IMG/VR virus record: IMGVR_UViG_3300032038_000048
Span: 1-64,000 of that record
Source of the DNA: a virus
Taxonomy: Duplodnaviria > Caudoviricetes
DNA length: 64,000 nucleotides
Reading direction: 5' to 3' (one strand)
Numbering within the stretch: the stretch's first letter is position 1; every line of letters begins with the position of its first letter. The notes beneath the pieces were generated by a model. That model was not told where the DNA came from. It ran no database searches and saw only the letters and a list, made by a program, of their open reading frames with translations. The position numbers and the translations under genes are program-made. Below, in pieces: positions 1 through 6,808 of the stretch.

Positions 1-686
1 AAACGAATGTGCATCCTTGGCGACGTTTGCGGCTGCGTCACCACCTTTGCAACGAAAGACAATTTAGTGGCAGAGTTTTATGAACCTGAAGATACCGCAA
101 GCAACGAGTAAAGGCTACATCGAAGTGAAACCCTACGGCGCATTCGATTGGTCGTACCCCGACAGCCTCACACGGCGCGGAAGGGTACAGGGCGACCACG
201 GAGACATCGCACCCACCATCATGTGCCAAAACGAAATATATGTGTATGAAGGAATCGAAGAATGACCTATCAGTAATTCAATACCCTCACGGTTTTAACT
301 ATGGCTTTGAGTACACCGACGGCATTTGTCCGGACTCGGACGCAGCCGGAGCAATAAAGGCAAAGGAGAGTGGACAGGCATACATCTGAACGATTACACG
401 ATGTGCATCCACACTCTCGTTGGTGCCGGATTCCCAACAATGCAAGTATTAGTTGTTGAAGTCGAAGATGAGCAAGAATAATGGCGTGATATTAGTCGTT
501 AATCCCGATGGCTCGATATTAGGGCGCAGACCATTCAACGGAGGCACAATAGCATTGCAACGATTACAATTCAGCTGCAATCTCGGCATTGCGTTTTGTA
601 TTAGTGCAGAGCGAGTGCCACAAGTAATTATTTACGAAGAAGATGAACAACAGAGTGATAAATCCATTAAAGGGAATAACCGATAG
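1..686 (+). other. Chain of short overlapping reading frames encoding variable-region (TRD-like) modules of a phage C5 DNA methyltransferase; the catalytic N-terminal part lies upstream of the window
   Basis: Frames 1-111 (..CVTTFATKDNLVAEFYE), 80-265 (IPQATSKGYIEV..SYPDSLTRRGRVQ..IAPTI), 246-389, ~332-481 and 468-686 resemble the repeated inserts of gut-phage Dcm enzymes and lead directly into the motif IX/X ORF. Confidence 0.6.
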
Positions 687-1434
687 GTCGTGGTTCTTTG
701 AGCAACAAGTGTATGACCCAGAAGGCATAGCACGAGCCATCAAATCTACCGACGGAAGCGGAAATGTTCCCAAAATAATTATAAGTATGAATGAATATAA
801 AATAGAACATATAGAAAAGCCTACAGGCATCACGAACAGCCCATACAATATGATACCTCATTTGCCTGACAGCGAATTGTTTTTTGACAGCAGGCACTGG
901 ACGTATGGATTAGCCGACGGCATCCTGCCGTTCTCTCTTACTACTCGAATATCGGCAAATAATCAGCAATTTTTAAAAGTTATAAAAAAAGAAACGTGTA
1001 TGAAGGAATCGAAGAATGAAGTGATGCAAGTTGGAAACATCATGCAAGAAAAGAACTTCGCAAATCCTCAATGCGGTCGTATATATTCAACTAAAGGACT
1101 ATCGCCAACAATCAACACCTGTGGCGGTGGTCAGCGTGAACCCAAAATAATAAATGATATGGCAGACCAGAATACAATCGAACTGCCCTCGGAGTTGAAG
1201 GGCAAGAAATTTAGAATCCGCAAACTGACACCCCGCGAGTGCTTCCGTCTCATGGGAGTGGACGACAAGGACATCGACAAAATACAAGCCGCAAAAGTCA
1301 GTAACTCGGCGCAGTATAAACTCGCAGGCAATAGCATCGTCGTTGATGTGCTCTTCCACATCTTCCGCCGAATGTTCATCGAAACCGAAGAACCCGACTT
1401 CGACGGAACACCCACACAACTCACGCTCTTCTGA
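643..1434 (+). CDS. DNA (cytosine-5) methyltransferase, C-terminal part (modules plus motifs IX-X)
   Basis: IRKLTPRECFRLMG (motif IX) and QYKLAGNSIVVDVL (motif X); internal module GRIYSTKGLSPTINTCGGGQREPKI. Confidence 0.85.
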   Translation: MNNRVINPLKGITDRSWFFEQQVYDPEGIARAIKSTDGSGNVPKIIISMNEYKIEHIEKPTGITNSPYNMIPHLPDSELFFDSRHWTYGLADGILPFSLTTRISANNQQFLKVIKKETCMKESKNEVMQVGNIMQEKNFANPQCGRIYSTKGLSPTINTCGGGQREPKIINDMADQNTIELPSELKGKKFRIRKLTPRECFRLMGVDDKDIDKIQAAKVSNSAQYKLAGNSIVVDVLFHIFRRMFIETEEPDFDGTPTQLTLF

Positions 1435-1486
1435 CATCATCCCTCAGAAACCAAAGTGATATAATAAATTAACAATAACACTAAAA

Positions 1487-2377
1487 ATGACAATGAGTAA
1501 GAACTACACATTAAAACCCCAGCCACAAAAGGTGCGGATAGCGGTTAACGGCTCTCCGTCCACCAGGGCGGAAATGGAAGAGTCGTACAGGCGATACTCA
1601 GAACTATGGAACGCACAGGGAGGGTGTATGCTGTATATGGCTATGCAGCAGTGGAAGGATGCGTATGAGTTACTACAAGAGCACCCGATGTATAAACAGC
1701 GGGTGAAGCAACTGGCAAAGCGCATAGACGCTGCGTGGAACAAGATGTGGGACATCATGCGTCAGTGCTTTGAAAGCAAGTGGAACGTATATTGTGACTC
1801 GCTCAATCAGATGTACATAAATCTGGAGCAGGATATACTGTTCCTGTTTTTGGCCATGAAGCGGGTGTTAGACCACAACAAGATACCTGACAGCAACTTT
1901 GTGGCACGTCAGCAGATGGCACTTCACTGCGCAAAACACGCGTGGATAGTGTATGAGAGGTTCTGGTCTATACGCGACGCGAAGATACTCGGATATTATG
2001 CCGACACGTTCAAAACGTTCTTTTCGTATCAAGACCCGCACCAAATTTACCAACTCACGCAAGACCTCTGCCACCTCACCTGCGCCACCGACAAGGACAT
2101 CAACTTCGGCAGCGACCTCAACTGCGTCAATGCCCTCTCCTGCCTCATCCGTCACGCCCTCAACGAGGAAATGCTGGAGCAGTCTATCATCGAGGGGGTA
2201 AAACTCAACGGCGACCAGTATCAGGATGTGCTGGATAAATATTATAACCTAAAAGAGCAGGAAGAACGGCGTATGAGCGAGGAAAAGGAGCGCGAGCGTA
2301 TAACCGCCCAAGAGAACGAAAAAGACGCAATACGCGCCAAATTAAGCGGAAAATTTAAAGTCAAGAAAGCAAAATGA
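1487..2377 (+). CDS. Hypothetical protein
   Basis: 296-aa ORF in a run of co-oriented coupled genes; no motif recognised. Confidence 0.7.
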   Translation: MTMSKNYTLKPQPQKVRIAVNGSPSTRAEMEESYRRYSELWNAQGGCMLYMAMQQWKDAYELLQEHPMYKQRVKQLAKRIDAAWNKMWDIMRQCFESKWNVYCDSLNQMYINLEQDILFLFLAMKRVLDHNKIPDSNFVARQQMALHCAKHAWIVYERFWSIRDAKILGYYADTFKTFFSYQDPHQIYQLTQDLCHLTCATDKDINFGSDLNCVNALSCLIRHALNEEMLEQSIIEGVKLNGDQYQDVLDKYYNLKEQEERRMSEEKERERITAQENEKDAIRAKLSGKFKVKKAK

Positions 2378-2754
2378 ATAACCCAAAACCAAAGCAACAA
2401 TACGCAGAGGTGTGCAACAAGTATTACCGTACATTCTGCGACATGATGGAGATGCACCCAGAGCCTAATCCGTGGGTGGCAGACGAGCCAGGAACAATAG
2501 CGTGCGCAGCTGACTACTATTTCGACTTCCACGATGTGATAAAATACTGCGTGGATGAGAACATAAGCGACTGGAATGAACTACTCCAGTGGTACGACTA
2601 CACCCTGTGGGCTTATGACTTAGGCTTAGTTGCTCCTAATTTCCGCTCATGGCACCGTGGCTGTCCACGAGTGTCAGCAGAAAAGCAGCGGGAATTGAAT
2701 GAGATGAAACAGAAACTAAACGAAGAGATTAAGGCTATAAAGGAGAAATACTAA
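2374..2754 (+). CDS. Hypothetical protein
   Basis: 126-aa ORF with ATGA overlap to the upstream gene. Confidence 0.7.
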   Translation: MNNPKPKQQYAEVCNKYYRTFCDMMEMHPEPNPWVADEPGTIACAADYYFDFHDVIKYCVDENISDWNELLQWYDYTLWAYDLGLVAPNFRSWHRGCPRVSAEKQRELNEMKQKLNEEIKAIKEKY

Positions 2755-3110
2755 TGGAAAAGATTATCAGAATGGAGTCGGAGGAGCACTGGGGCAGACC
2801 TGTCTACTTCTGCACCGATGACGGACATGGTACTATCAAGTGTATCTACGACAAAAAGTGGCCCAACACGTGCGAACTCTCCGACCTTATGGTGCATCCC
2901 ACCAAAAGAAACCAAGGCTATGCTACGGCTCTCATGCAGGCTGCGGAAAAGGATGCAAGGAGCGAGGGGTGTATGTATCTCCGATTATGGGTTAGCGACA
3001 CCGCCACATGGAAGATACAGTGGTACGAGCGTTTAGGTTTTCGCGAACTGATACCCAACCACAAGTCAAGGTACCCGATAATATGGATGGAAAAGGAACT
3101 GAAATACTAA
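2754..3110 (+). CDS. GNAT-family N-acetyltransferase
   Basis: LMVHPTKRNQGYATALM (motif A, V-x-P-x-x-R-x-x-G-x-A) and WYERLGF (motif B). Confidence 0.8.
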   Translation: MEKIIRMESEEHWGRPVYFCTDDGHGTIKCIYDKKWPNTCELSDLMVHPTKRNQGYATALMQAAEKDARSEGCMYLRLWVSDTATWKIQWYERLGFRELIPNHKSRYPIIWMEKELKY

Positions 3111-3122
3111 ATCAAAAACGAC

Positions 3123-3584
3123 ATGAAAATAAAATTCAAGAAACTTCACCCTCATGCGCATATCCCAACTAAGGCGCATCCCTCTGACGCAGGCTTCGAC
3201 CTCTACGCAGCGGAAGTGGAAATCAATGAACATGACCAAATCATCTGTCACACAGGTATCGCAGTGGAGATACCCGACGGTTATGTGGGACTTGTGTTCC
3301 CTCGCTCGTCTATATGCAACACGTCTATGACGATGCTCAACTGCGTGGGAGTGATAGACAGTGGTTATCGTGGTGAGATAACAGCCCGCTTCCGCAGATA
3401 TGAAGAGGTGCGCTTGCTGCGCAATAAAATAGCCACTATTGAAAATAACAAGTCGCTCTATCATCAAGGCGACCGTGTGGCACAACTCATCATCCTGCCT
3501 TACCCCGAGGTGGAGTTTGAGGAAACGGAAGTGTTAAGTGACACAGACCGAGGTATCGGCGGCTATGGCTCCAGCGGACGTTAA
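3123..3584 (+). CDS. dut: Trimeric dUTPase
   Basis: AGFDL, PRSS, GVIDSGYRGEI, GDRVAQL and RGIGGYGSSG: all five dUTPase motifs. Confidence 0.95.
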   Translation: MKIKFKKLHPHAHIPTKAHPSDAGFDLYAAEVEINEHDQIICHTGIAVEIPDGYVGLVFPRSSICNTSMTMLNCVGVIDSGYRGEITARFRRYEEVRLLRNKIATIENNKSLYHQGDRVAQLIILPYPEVEFEETEVLSDTDRGIGGYGSSGR

Positions 3585-3865
3585 ATACCATACTCTTCAT
3601 CCGCTTGTTCTGCTTCGATAGAGAAGTTCCACAGGCGGATGATTACTTCTTCTTTCTCTTCCTCACTCCATGTCTCTGACGGGTCGAGCCACTGTATGTC
3701 GGCAATGGCATTTCTGAAACCCTCATAGTCGGAGAACTCAAAGCCCTCCATGTCCCTCACAAGGATGAAGCACCTCGGAAAACCTAAGTACAGCAGACCG
3801 AACATATCGGGATGATCGATGTAGTTGTCGCAGTAGTAGCAGCCAGGATATTTCTGTTCTTTCAT
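3581..3865 (-). CDS. Hypothetical acidic protein (likely start MKEQKY at 3865)
   Basis: Open frame convergent on dut; TACATTTG (-7 like) on the minus strand at 3917-3924. Confidence 0.55.
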   Translation of the reverse strand: MKEQKYPGCYYCDNYIDHPDMFGLLYLGFPRCFILVRDMEGFEFSDYEGFRNAIADIQWLDPSETWSEEEKEEVIIRLWNFSIEAEQADEEYGI

Positions 3866-3949
3866 AGTTATAGTAGTCTTTTCGTTGGCGAAGATAGTGC
3901 AAAGCAAGGGAAATACCAAATGTATTTGAGTTTTTCCTATACTATAGCC

Positions 3950-3990
3950 AAAAAACTCCCCCTCCCACCTTCACAGGCGAGAGAAGGGAA
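3950..3990 (-). terminator. Rho-independent terminator ending the late/lysis transcript
   Basis: Minus strand: TCCCTTCTCTCGCCT-GTGA-AGGTGGGAGGGGGA stem with G-U pairs, followed by TTTTTT. Confidence 0.7.
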
Positions 3991-4047
3991 AGACTAATAC
4001 CTAAAATACTATGAAAATGAAAAAACTACTACTATTGTTGTTAACTA

Positions 4048-4488
4048 TCAAACTTTCTTTTTTATAAACCACCACACGGCAGCGGCAAAGACCAGTAGTA
4101 TCAGCAGCCGCCATGCTATGTGAAGTACGAAAGGTGTAGATTTCGACACCTTTTCCTTTTCTGCCACCTGCACCTTATACACCGTGTCGGTCTTGACCTT
4201 TAGCACCGTGTCGCGCTTTATGCTCTCATGCCATCGGTCGCGCCACACCTCCACTCTCATCGTGTCACCGCTCTCTTTCAGCACCACCTTCACGCTGTCT
4301 TTCATCCGCACCGTGTCTGCCACATGACGGGTGATATAGGTCGTGTCGGTCTGCGTCACTCTCAGCGTGTCATGCCTGTAAACGTATTCGGTCACACGCT
4401 TTGTCGCGCATCCTGAGAGCAGCAGCAGGGCCAGCAGCATACTCGCCGCCAGCACTGCCGCCCATCTGCTTGTCCTTCTTTCCTTCAT
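4048..4488 (-). CDS. Unimolecular spanin (u-spanin) candidate
   Basis: Lipoprotein signal peptide (MKERRTSRW..LLLLSG/C), beta-rich middle, C-terminal TM helix ending in KKKV. The start is moved from 4578 to 4488. Confidence 0.75.
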   Translation of the reverse strand: MKERRTSRWAAVLAASMLLALLLLSGCATKRVTEYVYRHDTLRVTQTDTTYITRHVADTVRMKDSVKVVLKESGDTMRVEVWRDRWHESIKRDTVLKVKTDTVYKVQVAEKEKVSKSTPFVLHIAWRLLILLVFAAAVWWFIKKKV

Positions 4489-4614
4489 TGTCCTTTCACT
4501 CCTTCCGTTTATAATACGAGCAGGTCTTAGGCTCTCCAGTTGGCGCGGGCTTTGTGCTCTCCACCCTGCAAAAGCCATACTCCCTGCTATAATAGATACA
4601 CTGCTTACAGTTTG

Positions 4615-4944
4615 TCATGGCTCCAGGGTTTTAAGTTCACTGCACGCATCCTTGCAATACTCTCTCCATGACTGATACGCCGCCATGTCTGCGGCATATT
4701 TATCAGGGTCACTCTGGTAGTTGTAGAGCAGTGCCATCTGTGCATCTAAGGTGTATTTCACACCTATGCACAGACTCACCATCTTGTCGTAGGTTGCATC
4801 CTCGCACATTATTGTTGCTTCTTTGCAACGTATAGTGTCATCTTCTGTCTCTTCGGTGTCAAACCTAAAGAAATACACTGGCTGTGTGCCATATTGCACC
4901 AACGCCTTAAACCCTTCCTTGGGCACTTCATTCGTGATTGTCAT
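4615..4944 (-). CDS. Hypothetical protein, possibly tail-fibre associated chaperone
   Basis: 109-aa ORF (KYTLDAQMALLYNY..YQSWREYCK) resembling small genes that follow fibre genes in Bacteroidota phages; the function is inferred. Confidence 0.45.
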   Translation of the reverse strand: MTITNEVPKEGFKALVQYGTQPVYFFRFDTEETEDDTIRCKEATIMCEDATYDKMVSLCIGVKYTLDAQMALLYNYQSDPDKYAADMAAYQSWREYCKDACSELKTLEP

Positions 4945-4957
4945 AGTCTATTTATAT

Positions 4958-6181
4958 TTATTTGGTTATTACTCTTCCATTCTGCCACCAGACAGCCTTC
5001 TTTCGTGTATTGCACGAATGTCTTGCCTGTGGCCGTAATCTCAATTTTTTCATGCTTACGCAGTAGATGCTTTTCCTTATGCCTTCGGGTATCTCTTTCC
5101 ATATCCGCCATCTTATGCCGTATGTCAACCTATGTATCATAAAGCCAAAGTATGAATTAAGCCGCTGCACATGCTTCTCTATGTCTGCCACGTCACTCAT
5201 CCTTGCTATGTGCATGGCATTGTTCACTGTCCTGTTGCCTGTGTATGTGCCCCACGGCTTTATTACAGAGCCGACAAATTTCACTCCTTTTCTTACTTCT
5301 ACAAGGGATGCTTTATGTGGATGTAAAGTCAGGTGTTCGTTGTTCTTTAACCGTTCTCTGATTACTGGCAATAAGTGCATTTTCACCCGTCTGCCCGCAA
5401 TATAGAAATCATCCACATATCTGCCGTATCTTGCACCTTCGCCTATATATGCTAATATCCATCGGTCGAAGTCGGTGAGATAATAATTGCCGAAAATCTG
5501 ACTTGTCAGGTTGCCGATGGGCAGCCCTTTGCCGTTGCTTCTAAACAGTGTTTTGTTGTCGGGCAGCATATCTAACAGCCGAGGGTCGCCGTGGATGATG
5601 CAGTTATGCTCTGGACGATGGTAAATTATCTTTCTTGTTAGCCATAGCCACCATTTCAAATTTCCGTACTTCCACTCCCTTTTCATGAGTGTGCTGACCT
5701 TGCGCCAAAGTATATCTTTGTCTATTGACATAAAGAAACCCTGTATATCACACTGTATCACGTATGCTTTATACTGATAGCCGTTGCTGACTTCCTTAAT
5801 ATGCCTTTGTAGTGTTTTCACACCATAATCTGTACCCTTGCCTTTTCTACAGTTAAACGACTCGCCTATCATCTCTTCCTCTATTATAGGCTCCAGTCTG
5901 AGCATGAGCAGATGGTGTACCACTCTGTCGCGGAAATCAGCAGCAAAGACTTCGCGTAGTTTTGGACGGGTAACGGCAAAGACTATTGACGTACTTATCG
6001 AGTATGTCATGTCGTTTAGTTCTATCCACAACTTGCGTAGTTCTCTTTCAAGGTGCATCTCAAAAGCAAGGGCAGAGGCTTTACTGCGCTTGTTCTTACG
6101 ACAATCGTAGTATGCCTCGTATATATCTTCGAGGGTGACGTACTCTGCTGTTCCTGTAATATTCGAGGACGGGCAGCACAT
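4958..6181 (-). CDS. DGR reverse transcriptase (start 6181 or 6220, both inside TR)
   Basis: REVFAADFRDRVVHH, FNCRKGKG, QCDIQGFF, GLPIGNLTSQIFGNYYL (DGR-type SQ motif), YGRYVDDF. Confidence 0.95.
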   Translation of the reverse strand: MCCPSSNITGTAEYVTLEDIYEAYYDCRKNKRSKASALAFEMHLERELRKLWIELNDMTYSISTSIVFAVTRPKLREVFAADFRDRVVHHLLMLRLEPIIEEEMIGESFNCRKGKGTDYGVKTLQRHIKEVSNGYQYKAYVIQCDIQGFFMSIDKDILWRKVSTLMKREWKYGNLKWWLWLTRKIIYHRPEHNCIIHGDPRLLDMLPDNKTLFRSNGKGLPIGNLTSQIFGNYYLTDFDRWILAYIGEGARYGRYVDDFYIAGRRVKMHLLPVIRERLKNNEHLTLHPHKASLVEVRKGVKFVGSVIKPWGTYTGNRTVNNAMHIARMSDVADIEKHVQRLNSYFGFMIHRLTYGIRWRIWKEIPEGIRKSIYCVSMKKLRLRPQARHSCNTRKKAVWWQNGRVITK

Positions 6182-6269
6182 TGTAGTTGTTGTTCTTGTT
6201 GTTGTTGTTAAAACTGCCATTGTTCAAATACACTGCGTTCGTTGCATTGTTCTGAGTGGAAGACCACCA
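6157..6269 (-). repeat. DGR template repeat (TR)
   Basis: 113 bp with 13 AAY codons in the target frame; aligns ungapped to 6810-6922. Confidence 0.95.
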
Positions 6270-6343
6270 GACTATCTTGCCATAGTTGTCTTGTTCTTAA
6301 CCAATCCCTTTCGGGTGATGGTATATGGCCCTTATTACAAATT

Positions 6344-6742
6344 TCAGTTGCACGGGCATGCAGCGGTTTCGCCGCCGCATGCTTCTGGCATGACGGTTTT
6401 CTTCTTGACGGACTTTAGCCACTTGTGCGTCTGTCCGTCTATCTTTTCGTAGAACCTGTCTAAGTAGTCACCTTGCCGGATAGATATAACTCCCGCTTCA
6501 CGGAATACCCTTGTTAAACTTATTGTCTTCCTCAGATTGCTTATTACCTTGCGGATATTCGCTTCCCTGCCCTCCTGCATGTCGTATGCGTCGGCACTGG
6601 CAGAGAGCATCGTCAGTATGTAGTCTATCACCACAGGATAGAGTGTAAACCTCCATACCTTTGGCATGTTCTCGCTCCACCCCTTCTTTGTGAAAAACTC
6701 CAGTACCTGAGTGATGTCGCGGTATATCTGAGGATTGTTCAT
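6344..6742 (-). CDS. avd: DGR accessory variability determinant (Avd, four-helix bundle)
   Basis: 132-aa helical basic protein between VR and TR; C-terminal ISIRQGDYLDRFYEKIDGQTHKWLKS fits the Avd pattern. Confidence 0.8.
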   Translation of the reverse strand: MNNPQIYRDITQVLEFFTKKGWSENMPKVWRFTLYPVVIDYILTMLSASADAYDMQEGREANIRKVISNLRKTISLTRVFREAGVISIRQGDYLDRFYEKIDGQTHKWLKSVKKKTVMPEACGGETAACPCN

Positions 6743-6769
6743 TATTCTGTTGTTAGTATATTATTTATA

Positions 6770-6795
6770 GGCAGCGGTGGCGGAGCACCGCCGCC
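6770..6795 (-). promoter_or_regulatory. GC-rich hairpin/cruciform downstream of VR (DGR target-recognition element)
   Basis: GGCGGCGGTG-CTCCGC-CACCGCTGCC, 13 nt after the target stop codon. Confidence 0.75.
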
Positions 6796-6808
6796 AAAGT
6801 TCTAAGAT

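Noticed and set aside
6185-6212. (GTT)n microsatellite
   Set aside because: It is the AAC codon run of the DGR template repeat.
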